64,000 nucleotides of DNA from Octopus sinensis (Eukaryota), in the NCBI RefSeq assembly GCF_006345805.1, contig NC_043000.1, forward strand, positions 155,124,001-155,188,000, read 5' to 3'. This document shows, in pieces, positions 1 to 11,630 of this stretch (the stretch's first letter is position 1; each line of letters begins with the position of its first letter). The notes beneath the pieces were generated by a model. The model was not told the origin of the DNA. It was given only the letters and a program-made list of their open reading frames with translations, and did no database searches. The position numbers were made by a program, and so were the translations under genes.

Positions 1-517
1 AAGATAGATGGCATGACAGGCCTCGACTATTGGGGTCGACTAGAAAAGCTAAAACTCTATCTCTCCAACGTCGTCGTGAGCGCTACATCATCTGCATGAT
101 GTGGAAAATATTCCATCAGCATTGCCCAAATGATGTTGGCATCACCTTTAAGTACATCCAAGGCTTGGGCCCCGTGCCATCCGCCCAAAACAAAAATCGC
201 ACTCTCATCTCATAACAACAATACGGCACATTATTTCACCTCAATTGGCCCCGCTCTCTTTACATTACACCAAAACACATTAAAACAGAAACTGACCCTA
301 TAGGGTTCAAGAAGTCTTTGGACAGATTCCTTCAAGAAATCCCGGATAAACCCCCTACACACCCGGATATGTCTCTGTAAACAATAACTCTCTACTTGAG
401 TGGGCCATAGTGCCCAATTCTGACTTGAAAGACTTCACCAGGTGGTGCTATTAAGTTAGACATGGCCTGGGCCAATAATGGCCGAAACCTATCAAAGTAT
501 CAAAGTAAGTATAAGTA
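1..517 (+). mobile_element. 3' end of a CR1/L2/Jockey-group LINE (frameshifted ORF2 C-terminus, 3' UTR and short-repeat tail)
   Basis: Piecing frames together gives LDYWGRLEKLKL(Y)SLQRRRERYIICMMWKIF...FKKSLDRFLQEIPDKP...NNNSLLEWA, matching the Y..RL..L.L.SL..RR.R and FK..LD.FL motifs of CR1-group ORF2 ends. The element ends in TATCAAAG repeats. Confidence 0.8.
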
Positions 518-555
<38 letters not shown>

Positions 556-560
556 CATAT

Positions 561-637
<77 letters not shown>

Positions 638-645
638 ATATATAT
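518..645. repeat. (TA)n microsatellite
   Basis: Direct reading; source of the YIYI ORFs. Confidence 0.95.
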
Positions 646-764
646 GCTTCATCATATACAAGCATATATGTATACACCAAAGCAAAAGTGTATACACACA
701 CAGACTCAGAAATATAAATGTGTATGTTACATAATACACACACAAACACACACATACATATATC

Positions 765-1110
765 TGTTATGTTTTACTTGCGAGGTCAGTTGACTGCGGC
801 CATATTGGGGTACCAATTCGAAAAGTTTTAGGTTAAAAAGGACTTAATTTTTCAATTCTGGCACTTAATCTATCGGGATTCCTTTGCCGAATAACTACGT
901 TACCGGGACGTAAACACACCAACGCCAGTTACCAAGCAGTGGTGTGGGAACAAACATGCACAAAGACACGCAAACATTGACATATACATATACCTCGGGA
1001 TTCTTTCATATCCACTCACAAGGCTTTGGTCGGCCGAGGCTTCAATGAAAGAAATTTTACCCAGTGTCACGCAGTGGGACTGAACTCAGTACACAACCAC
1101 GCCTGCACTC
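765..1110 (-). mobile_element. Degraded copy of composite tRNA-headed SINE (family A)
   Basis: Reverse complement matches family A blocks (tgactgcggccat, gggacgtaaacacaccaac, ccactcacaaggctttggtcggcc, cgcagtgggactgaac). Confidence 0.75.
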
Positions 1111-1174
1111 GTTATACACACACATAGACACACACATGCACGCACACATATACACACATTGCTAGATTGACAGA

Positions 1175-1216
<42 letters not shown>

Positions 1217-1328
1217 ACATACATATATATATACATACATATTATATATATATATATAATATATTATATATATATATAATATATTATATATATATATAAT
1301 ATATATATATATATATACATACATATAT

Positions 1329-1566
1329 AGGACTCGCGGTTTCGATTCCCAGACCGGGCGTTGTGAGCGTTTATTGAGCGAAAACACCTAAAAGCTCCAC
1401 GAGGCTCCGGCAGGGGTGGTGATCCCTGCTGTATTCTTTCACCACTCTTTCTCCCACTCTTTTTTCTGTTGGCCCGCTCGGTTAGCCAGCTGGTTGGCAT
1501 CATTCGAAGGCTAAAACAATGCGATGTGTACCTACATCTGATGGACTGGTCGGTCACGTGACGTGA
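1329..1566 (+). mobile_element. 5'-truncated tRNA-headed SINE (family C variant)
   Basis: B-box region gcggtttcgattcccagaccgggcgttgtgag and body are near-identical to the minus-strand copy at 20566-20952, with a different 3' part. Confidence 0.75.
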
Positions 1567-1767
1567 TATATATAAATATAATGGTGAAGAATACGTAAGC
1601 ACACGACAGATTAGTACAAAAAGAAAAAACATTAAGTACAGGATGTTGCTAACAAGTGAAAAATATATAGAGAGAAGTACAGGACGAAATATCAAAGAAA
1701 GTCTAACACCTCCTCAGTTGTGGATTGTTTATTACTATCAGTTTCGAGCTTATATATATATATATAA

Positions 1768-1930
1768 TAGGAGTGGCTGTGTAGCAAGAAGGTTGCTTCC
1801 CAACCACATAGTTCCGGTTTCAGTTCCATTGCGTGGCACTTTGGGCGAGTGTCTTCTACTTTAGCCTCGGTCGATCAAAGCCTTGTGAGTAGATTTAGTA
1901 GACGGAAACTGATAGAAGCCTGTCGTATAA

Positions 1931-1977
<47 letters not shown>

Positions 1978-2275
1978 CTATGTATGTATGCATATATATA
2001 TATATGTGTATATATATATATATATGTATGCATATATATATATATATGTATATGTATGCATATATATATATATGTGTGTGTGTGTGTATGTATGTGTGTA
2101 TTTGTGTGTTGGTGTTTTCCTCCCTCCCATCGCTTGGCAACCGATGTCGGTGTGTTTACGTCCTTATAAGTCAGCGGTTCAGGAAAAGAGACCGATAGTG
2201 CTGGGGTGGTTTTGTTCGACTAAAGGTGGTGGTGCAGCATGGCCGCAGTAAAATGACTAAAACAAGTAAAAAATA
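1768..2275 (+). mobile_element. Composite tRNA-headed SINE, family A (CORE-like centre, internal TA/TG microsatellite)
   Basis: Head ggagtggctgtgtagcaag...ggttccggtttcagttcc, CORE-like ttgggcgagtgtcttctact, TA tract, then 3' module ending gcatggccgcagtaaaatgactaaaacaagtaaaa. Confidence 0.9.
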
Positions 2276-2365
2276 ATATAATATAATATTATATAATATA
2301 GTAATATAAAAAAGAATATATATATATAACTGTAAATGTAATATGTGACAATTATTCGGTAACCA

Positions 2366-2428
2366 AGATAAAACTCTGAGTTTCGGATGCTGAGGTGGAA
2401 ATCCACGCTACCATCTCTTCAGTTATCC
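2366..2428 (-). ncRNA. Minimal type I hammerhead ribozyme motif (Penelope-type)
   Basis: Minus strand: GGATAA-CTGAAGA-GATG...CATC(C)-GAAA-CTC-A-GAG-T-T-TTATCT. Helix I is 6 bp, helix II GATG/CATC has one unpaired C, helix III is ACTC-A-GAGT, and the triplet is GUU. Confidence 0.65.
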
Positions 2429-2578
2429 GGCCATCGGAAAAACGCTATTCGAATGACTGCTAATTAAGATAAGGGGGTAAAAAGTACATAGTATTCGCGT
2501 AAACGCGCCTTTTCATACCTACACATGTGCACCCGCACACCCGCGTACGTTCTTTCTTTTGTTATCTTACTGTTTTTA

Positions 2579-2619
<41 letters not shown>

Positions 2620-3713
2620 GTATAGACAAATATACGGAGTGCAGTCTTCTGGACTATTTCAATCGATCAAGTTCAACTCACATGACATTGGTTACTTCGA
2701 ATAATCGGTTGAAGCTGCCGATCCATGAGACCAAAGCTTGAAGTAGATGATTTCTCAGAAAACTTCTAAAGCACAAACCAGTTCGCTGCCTTATTAGGGA
2801 ACAAAATATTAAAAGTGCATTACGTATAATGATATTGTATCATTATTTATGTTATGTTATTCTTCTAGGTGCAGGCATAAAAATGTGGTTACAAATCTCG
2901 TGAGCAAGTGACTTCTACGATAGTTCTGTGCCGGGCCAATACCTTGTAAGTGAATTTGGTAGACGGAAATTCTATGTAAGCTTGTCATATATAACCACAC
3001 ACACACACACTAAAACTCACACACACACACTAACACATTCACACACGTGAGTGTGGGTGTTTATCACCCACCGCCACTTGACAACTGATGCTGTTTTGAT
3101 TAGTAATGTCTTAGTTCAGCAGTAGAGTCCGATAGAATAACTCCCACTGGGTGCAACCGAATGCTAAGACTAGTAGAAAGATAAAACACGATTTTGTAAC
3201 TAGTTACAAAGTTCAGCATTCCGGAAAATGGTGTAGGGTTAAATATGACGTCGATTCCTTTTTCTATTTGCATCCGGAAGTATAAATATAGAGAAGGGAT
3301 TCCACGCGAAAAATGTAAACTTTTGAGACCCTCACCGAGTTATAAATATAAATATAAAACAGAAGCGCATTCCACTTTTCAACCTTATACCGTTACACTA
3401 CTTTAGTATCTTGCTATTTATCTAACTGTAATTGAAATTAGTAATATGGTACACGCATCAATAGAAAGTGACGGCTGTTTTAAGTGGGTCCCACACACGG
3501 AGTCAAAACTAAATTACTTCCTTAATTTGCGTGTTCAGTACCTCAAATCAATCTTTATTTAGCCGACAACAAAGTGTGCACGCATATTCATCCATACATC
3601 CAATGCATGCATACATACATACGTATATATATATACATACACACACTCACATATAAGCGCATAGCAATATACACCTATGTATATATATCTATCAATCGAT
3701 ATATACATATATA

Positions 3714-3774
<61 letters not shown>

Positions 3775-3776
<2 letters not shown>

Positions 3777-3955
3777 GAGGCGCAAGTCCGGGCACGGTTT
3801 TTTATGGAAGACCAGCAGTCGCTCATGCATACCAGCCTCCACTCTCTACACCATTGATGTTATCCAAGGGAAAGGCATAGGCCAATACAGCTTGGCACCA
3901 GTGACGTAGCAACTCATTTCTGCAGATGAGTGAAGTGGAACAACGTGAAATAAAC
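3775..3955 (-). mobile_element. Fragment of a further dispersed SINE-like repeat
   Basis: aagtccggg...tttatggaagaccagcagtcgctcatgcataccagcctcc...atacagcttggcaccagtgacgt recurs at about 13085-13225. Confidence 0.65.
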
Positions 3956-4105
3956 GGGCTTCGTTCAGTTTCCGTCGACCAAATCTACTCACAAGGCATT
4001 GGTCGGCCCGAGGCTATAGTAGAAGACACTTGATTTAGTTGCCATGCAGCGAGACCGAACCCGGAACTATGTGGCTTGGAACCAAGCTTCTTACCACATA
4101 ACCAC
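3955..4105 (-). mobile_element. Family A SINE 5' half
   Basis: ttcagtttccgtcgaccaaatctactcacaaggcattggtcggcccgaggctatagtagaagacacttg is the reverse complement of the family A body. Confidence 0.8.
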
Positions 4106-4153
4106 TTCTGCGTTTATATCCACTCTCTCTCTCTCCTCTCGCTCTCTCTCTCG

Positions 4154-4230
<77 letters not shown>

Positions 4231-4814
4231 ATATATTATATATATATATATAAGAGAGGGACGAGTCACAATCGAGGTGTTATGAGTTTAATGATTAAAC
4301 GGAAGAGAAACATGTAGACACGCCATAAAGGAAGAAAAATGCCGATAAAATGACGTCACTAATTTTTAGTGACGTGACACATTAGGTGAGAAATCTCTTT
4401 AACAAATCATTTTGCTTATTCTCTTGGATATTGCCATATACAAAGTTAATCGCACAAATTATACTTCCTAAACCATTCAGATATTCACTCGTTAGGAACC
4501 TCTAGGGAAATAATTTTGTTGGCTGAAAAAAGCATGACATTCTTCTGTCCTTTGTGATTAGGAAATGTCACTTATCACTTGAGTAATTGATTGATTGATT
4601 GGTTGATTGATGGACTGGTTGATTTATTGACCCAGTGATGAATGCAGGGCACTTTAAATATGAATTGCTGACGAATGGAACGAGAACTTCATTCTTACGA
4701 AGCTTTTCTTTTTCATTGGAATTCAAAACATATCAGCAGAATATAAGCGTATGTATGCATTCATTCGGTATGCATATATGTATGTATATACATATATTCT
4801 TTTATTCTTGTCTG

Positions 4815-5488
4815 TTACTTATTTAAGTCATTTGAATGCGGCCATGCTGGAGCACTGCCTTGAAGGGTTTTAGTGGAAGAAATCGGTCCCAGGATATATT
4901 TAAGTTTACTACTTATTCTATCTTTTGCCGAAACGCTAATTACGGGGACGTAAACACACCAACACCCTTTGTCAAGCTGTGATGAAGAAAGAGCAAGACA
5001 CAGATACACACGCACATATATACAGACGCAGGAGTGGCTGCGTGGCAAGAAGCTTGCTTTATAACCACATGGTTCCGGGTTCAGTCTGACTGCGTGGCAC
5101 CTAGGGCAAGTGTCTTGTACTATAGCCTTGGGCTGACTAAAGTCTTGTGAGTGGATTTGGTAGGCGGGAACTGAAAGAATCCTGTCGTATATACATATAT
5201 ATATATATATGTATGTATGCATTTGCTTGGCTGTGTTTGTGCCCCTCGCCATCGCTTGACAACCGATGTTGGTGTGTTTACGAATCCGTAACCTAGCGGT
5301 TCAGTAAAAGACACCGATAAAATAAGTAATAGACTTATAAAGAATAAATCCTGAGGTCGATTTGTTCGATTAAAGACGGTGCTTCAGCATGGATGGCCAC
5401 AGTCAAATGACTGTAACAAAAAGAAAAGTATTCATACATACATACATACATACATACATACATACATACATACCCACCACACCCATAT

Positions 5489-5522
<34 letters not shown>

Positions 5523-5695
5523 ATATATATATATATATATACGACGTATTTCTTTCAGACTCTACCAAATCCATTCGCAAGAATTTGGTCGTTCGAGGCT
5601 ATAGTTGAAAACACTTGCCCAAGGGGCCACGCTATGAGACTGAACACAGAACCACGTTGTTGAGAAGCAATCTTCTTACTACACACCCACGTGTA
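4815..5695. mobile_element. Nested family A SINEs: a plus copy (about 5024-5428) inside a split minus copy (about 4815-5020 and 5540-5695)
   Basis: Minus-strand 3' module, then a complete plus copy, then TACA/TA tracts, then the minus-strand 5' module. Confidence 0.75.
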
Positions 5696-5747
5696 TTAAA
5701 CCTGCAAGTTTTTTTTTTAATTCTCTCTCTGTGTATTTCCCCGTGTT

Positions 5748-5785
5748 CCTTTCTGCTGAAGAGCGTAGGCTCGAAACGTAAAAGG
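5748..5785 (+). ncRNA. Variant-core minimal type I hammerhead-like motif
   Basis: CCTTT-CTGCTGAA-GAGC-GTAG-GCTC-GAAA-CGT-A-AAAGG. Helix I is 5 bp perfect, helix II 4 bp perfect, helix III is the loopless palindrome ACGT, and the triplet is GUA. The core is CUGCUGAA instead of CUGANGA. Confidence 0.55.
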
Positions 5786-5864
5786 CTTTTTCACCATCCC
5801 GAAAGTGAAACTAATACACCTGTTTGTTGTTTATACATTAATACACCTGTCTTCGTCTTTGTTT

Positions 5865-5904
<40 letters not shown>

Positions 5905-6250
5905 TACCCGTCCTGTCGAAAAGACACCTGTCTGTAACGTCCTGTTTTTGTTATTATTATTATCATTATTGTTTTTACGTATTTCGTATTCTTATTCGTG
6001 TTATCACTATTATTTTTACGTATTTTTGTATTCTTATTCGTTCTCGTCCTTGTTTTGTATAGGAATCTAATGCGCTTGGCTTAGATTTTCCTTTGGGGCT
6101 GGCCAGGTCGGAGCAATCTCAAGATTAATCAGCCGAAATTGCGAAGATGATCCGGTTCTTGACTGAAGATTGAAGGCTTCGAATCTCCCGTCCGTGTTTT
6201 TTGTATCGTCTTCTAAATGCTATCGTTTTTGTCCCAGTTTGTATTTTTTT

Positions 6251-6338
<88 letters not shown>

Positions 6339-7185
6339 AGGAGGGAACTTTTTAGTTTACAAACCAGGTGCTTTCATTGGATTTTAGGCATCACAAACGA
6401 CGTAATGATGCATGTATTTATTCATGTAGTATGTATGTACATTTGCGTATTAACATGCATACATATCCATATGTATGTGCACACACACGCGTTAATATTG
6501 GGTCGGATATTACTCCATATACGAATTTGTATATTTTTTTTATGTATGCGTGAGTAACCATATGCTTGAATGCCTATACGTCTATAATTGCACTTGTTAC
6601 ATTTATGCAATGTGCTACATATTCTGACACTGTCTTTGATGGGTTGTATCTGTTATAAAAAATATATATTTATACATACAGATATACATATATCCATATG
6701 TATATATGTATTCATGTATATGTGAATGTTTGTATGTTCGTATGTATGCTCTGGCATTACTATTTTTTGCCATTCGATTAAATATCGGTCTCCAGCATGA
6801 ACAAATTAGGCTTGGAAATAAAAGACACGATAACTTGTCACCCTCACTCACAAACACACATACACACACACACATTTACACACTCATACACTCATGCATA
6901 TATACACACACACACACATAAACAACCAACAATCAACCACACACATATATACAGTTTATTTTAACTGAATATTTATTTCGCTAGCTGACACATTAAAAGA
7001 CACTTGCAGATGTAACCAGAATGTCGTGAGTGTGAAGAAAAGTTCTTAGGCATTCATGTTTGCTGAGTTCGCAGAACCGACATTTACCATTATAAAATAG
7101 CTTCTTTTGTATTTAAATGTTAGTGCCAGAAACAGAAGCTCATATCTTCTTTAGCCTTCGCAAAGGCATTCTGTCAGTCACTCAC

Positions 7186-7275
7186 CTACCAAACTCAACC
7201 ACGCGGTATAGTTTTCATATCTAAAATATTTTATATTTAGAGTAACTACAACGGCTGATGAATACAACGAACTTT
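7186..7275 (-). other. Candidate exon (90 nt) of an unidentified spliced transcript
   Basis: Long pyrimidine tract plus tttcag acceptor, AG|GTGAGT donor. One frame is open (SSLYSSAVVVTLNIKYFRYENYTAWLSLV) with no recognised homology. Confidence 0.45.
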
Positions 7276-7352
7276 CTGAAAGTAGCAGCAAGTAAAATCA
7301 ACAAACAAAAAAAAAAAACGAAAAAGCATTAAACATATTTTGTTTTACTTAC

Positions 7353-7421
7353 TGATGTAAAATATCAGGAAACTGATTTTCTGGGTAAAATCCTGAAATC
7401 CTCTACAAAATCCCTCTTAAT
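7353..7421 (-). other. Candidate exon (69 nt) upstream of a 77-nt GT-AG intron
   Basis: Acceptor tttctttatttttgtttgtcttttcag and donor CA|GTAAGT. All three frames contain a stop if the first AG is used. Confidence 0.4.
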
Positions 7422-8070
7422 CTGAAAAGACAAACAAAAATAAAGAAATATATTAAATAATTTGTCATTAGATTCAAATAGTTAAATATAATAACCGATT
7501 TTGAAATAAAATTATATAGTTATTAATTTTTTCTATAGTTCCTCAACCAAAGTTTACAGATATTAGAAATGAGACGAATGTGTTTTATATGCCCCATTGA
7601 GGTTAGAAACACGGCAATAAATGTTTTATGGACCCTTGGCCCTAAGTATTATTCCCTTGAATAATTATATTTGTATGTTAATCGACATTGCAGATTTTCA
7701 AGAAATTCTGAAAAGTTCCTGGTTTTGGGTAAACGAAAATACAAGAGGACCAGTTAATTATGATTTTTGAAATTCACACACTATTTGCAGCGGTCCGTCA
7801 GTTTTTCTAAGCAGTAAAAGAACTCGATGGGTTGAGCCTCCAGCCAGGCCTTTCGCAATACCCTTAAAACCAGAAACTTTTCAGTAGCCCCCTCGTACAC
7901 TATGAGATGAGATTCCTCAACCTGGCAGTTGATGTTTTCAAGAGAAAAAAATAGTTGGCATTTAATGAACGTTTATGACATGACCAATAATAATCTCTGA
8001 GTCCATTAAATAAATCGTGTGTGTAAATATATATGTGCATATGTATATATGTATGAGTGTGTATATGTAT

Positions 8071-8118
<48 letters not shown>

Positions 8119-8288
8119 TTAAATAAAGTAGAAATCGGATTCGGAGAATATGGTCTGGATATTAGTATTCCTCCTTTTTGTACATAGTTTTATTACTATA
8201 CAATTGTATTGTGTAATCATGTGTGTGTTATGCATATATCTGTACACAAACGTGTATATCATGTGTGGATGCGCAGCGTATATATATA

Positions 8289-8520
8289 TATTTCTTTACT
8301 ACCCACAAGGGGCTAAACACAGAGGAGACAAACAAGGACAGACAAAGGGATTAAGTCGATTACATCGACCCCAGTGCGTAACTGGTACTTAATTTATCGA
8401 CCCCGGAAGGATGAAAGGCAAAGTCGACCTCGGCAGAATTTGAACTCAGAACGTAACGGCAGACGAAATACGGCAACGCATTTCGCCCGGCGTGCTAACG
8501 ATTCTGCCAGCTCGCCGCCT
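8289..8520 (-). mobile_element. tRNA-headed SINE family B (Meta-domain-like)
   Basis: Reverse complement of ggcggcgagctggcagaa...ttctgagttcaaatt...gcctttcatcct.tcggggtcgataaattaagtaccag...gggtagtaaagaaata. Confidence 0.9.
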
Positions 8521-8551
8521 TCATATATACATGCATATATACATATATATA

Positions 8552-9057
8552 TTGTTGAAATGCCAGAGAACTCCATTAGATCACAAATATGTAGGACGTA
8601 CCCGCTTGAGAATACCATATGCACCAATGATAACTGCATGGTATGTAGGATTAACCTTGGCATTAACTGTAGAGCTAGAAATGTAGTCTAAAGCATAAGA
8701 CACGTAGAAGATGCTTGTAAAAGCATGAACATAACACACATAGGGGAGACATCTAGGAACATTGCGGATAGACTAAATGAAGATTTAAGACAATATAATG
8801 ACAAAAAACAGTCCTCCATACTCTACCAACATGCCAAGGACCAATATGGAGGTGACCTGGGTCAATTTGACATCCGCATTTTATCCAAGCACTCAAAGAA
8901 CCCAACCCTCAGGCAAACACAGGAGTACGTCCTCATGAATAAAACATCTCCAGTCTTAAATAGGAAATATATGTAGTAGGTAATCATATCCCCATACCCA
9001 TAGTTTATATTTACACACAGGTAAAATAGTTAGTGAGCTGTTATATAGATATATGTA

Positions 9058-9092
<35 letters not shown>

Positions 9093-10299
9093 GTTTACGT
9101 ATATGTATATGCATCTGTATGTAGGCAAATGGATACGAATGTAAAGTGATAAACATACAGACGGACAAGTGTATAGGTAATATGAACAGACAAGTACATA
9201 TACACACATACATATACGCAACTGAAGACTGAAACACATGACCATACATACATACATACATACATACATACATACATACATACATACATACATACACACA
9301 TACATACACACACATACATACACATACATACATACATGCATACATACATACATACATACATACATACATACATACGTACATACATGCATACATGCATACA
9401 TACATACATACATACATACATACGTACATACATACATACATACATACATACATGCATACATGCATACATACATACATACATACATGCATACATGCATACA
9501 TACATACATACATACATACGTACATACATACATACATACATGCATACATGCATACATACATACATACATGCATACATACATACATACATACATACATACA
9601 TACATACATACATACACACATACACACACATACATACACATACATACATACATACATGCATACATACAAACATACATACATACATACATACATACATACA
9701 TACATACATACATACATACATACATACATACTTACATGCATACATACACACATACACACACACATACACACACATACATACACATACATACATACATACA
9801 TACATACATACATACTTACATGCATACATACATACTTACATGCATACATACATACATACATACATACATACATACATACATACATACATGCATACATACA
9901 TACATACATCATACATACATACATACTTACATGCATACATACACACATACATACACACATACACACATACATACATACACCACATACATACACATACATA
10001 CATACATACATAATACATACATACATAATACATACATACATACACATACATACATACATATACATACCTACATACATACATACACACATACATACATACA
10101 ACACACATACATACATACATACATAATACATACATACATACACCACATACATACATACATACATACATACATACATACATACATACATACATACATGCAT
10201 ACATGTGTATGCACACAACACACACACAAATCAACACACATGTGGACAGACAAACAAAACAACGCAGCTCGGATAACGGACAGACTCAACGACTATTGA
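8552..10299 (+). mobile_element. 5'-truncated Penelope-like element, GIY-YIG endonuclease remnant interrupted by a microsatellite block
   Basis: Translation C..DNCMVCRINLGINCRARNVV*...HIGETSRNIADRLNE...SILYQHAK...RQTQE...PVLNRKY fits the PLE Cys-rich linker plus GIY-YIG pattern. The frame appears to resume at 10240 as MWTDKQNNAARITDRLNDY*. Confidence 0.8.
9240..10200. repeat. ~1-kb imperfect (TACA)n/(TATG)n microsatellite
   Basis: Direct reading; source of the HTYI/MYVC ORFs. Confidence 0.95.
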
Positions 10300-10507
10300 A
10301 AAGGTTGCATAATGCAACGAAAATAGGTGGTGATTTGCTAGGGGTTCAGATACATTTAGCTAGGCGAGGGACTTATCCTGAAAGAAGGTTTGGATACTAC
10401 ATTTAACGACTCTTTTCTAAAACTCATTTCTTTAATTTATATATATATCAGAAATATTAAATTTCTAAATATCTCATAGAGATATGTACGGTGGTGGGGC
10501 GATAGAG

Positions 10508-10897
10508 TGGTTGTATACTGTCAACTTAACGTGACAGTAGGGGATTAAACTCACCGCTGTTTAGCCCTAGGAAGCATCGACGCTTCCTGTTGGCTTCGAC
10601 AACATATATATTTGCAATATATACACTTCACTGAAAATTAGATATATATATTTACGAAATCGAGACAAATATTCGCAGCTAGCAGGCTAATGCTACTCTA
10701 GACCGATGAAGGGCAAGGACCCTGAAACATGCGTGTCTCTAGATGCAGGCCTAGCTGTTGGGGGTATTTGTCTCCCCTTCGTAAATATATAAGGACACAG
10801 GAAATGTGTCAAAGCCATCAGGAGGCGTCGATGCTTCCTAGGACTAAACAGCGGTGGTGTAATCCCCTACTGTCCCGTTAAGTTGACAGAACAACCA
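10508..10897. repeat. ~390-bp imperfect foldback (inverted repeat) in the Penelope 3' region
   Basis: 10508-10604 is the near-exact reverse complement of 10804-10897. Inner blocks TATATATTTACGAA, GAGACAAATA, CAGCTAG and TCTAGA also pair across the centre. Confidence 0.9.
10697..10743 (+). ncRNA. Type I hammerhead ribozyme motif (U4C core variant) at the foldback apex
   Basis: TCTAGA-CCGATGA-AGGG-CAAGGA-CCCT-GAAA-CA-TGCG-TG-T-C-TCTAGA. Helix I is 6 bp, helix II 4 bp, helix III is ACA/TGT, and the triplet is GUC (predicted cut after 10737). Confidence 0.75.
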
Positions 10898-11392
10898 TTA
10901 TATATATATATATGCACGCGCGTGTGTGTGTGTACAGACACACATATACAAGGAATACTTGTTTTACTAATGTTTAGTATAGTTTGTATGACGGTTTTTG
11001 GTTTATTGCAGCTTGAACAACATTACGGAATACTGATATCGAATTTTGTAGTCACGGAAGAGGATTACAGAATGACGCTTTCTTTATGAGAAACAAAAAT
11101 AGTTAAGTGGCCGGTAATAAATACTTAATGAAGTGGCACATAGATATCAATTAACTGAAATTGCATGAAGTTACAAAGTAAAAAGCTCTTTAGCTTTATT
11201 GTTTATCTGGTCTAAGTTGGTTAGTTGACAAAACGTAGATCGAATCCTCTTTTAGAATTTTAAATCTTAATTTCTTTGCAGTTTGATAACTAAAAAGTTA
11301 TGTTTTGTGGTGCTTTCTTCACAGCATAAATGCAGTAATATATAATCTAAACCAAGTCCATTACTTCTAAAATGTTTTCCTTTACGAAATAT

Positions 11393-11564
11393 AGGCGCAG
11401 GAGTGGCTGTGTGGTAAGTAGCTTGTTTACTAACCACATGGTTCTGGGTTCAGTCCCACTACGTGGCATCTTGGGCAAGTGTCTTCTACTATAGCCTCGG
11501 GCCAGCCAAAGCCTTGTGAGTGGATTTGGTAGACGGAAACTGAAAGAAACCCGTCGTATATATG

Positions 11565-11630
<66 letters not shown>

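Noticed and set aside
458-500. GGCC-AATAAT-GGCC-GAAAC looks like hammerhead helix II plus GAAA
   Set aside because: No CUGANGA core, no helix III or NUH; better explained as the LINE 3' UTR stem-loop.
7255-7290. CTGATGA followed by GAAC and a CTTTC/GAAAG hairpin
   Set aside because: No helix II, no A15.1-U16.1 pair and no helix I.
8956-10299. Very long ORFs (up to 423 aa) of MYVC/HTYI repeats, and similar ones at 33.6, 59.6 and 61.6 kb
   Set aside because: Translations of TACA/TATG microsatellites, which lack stop codons in several frames.
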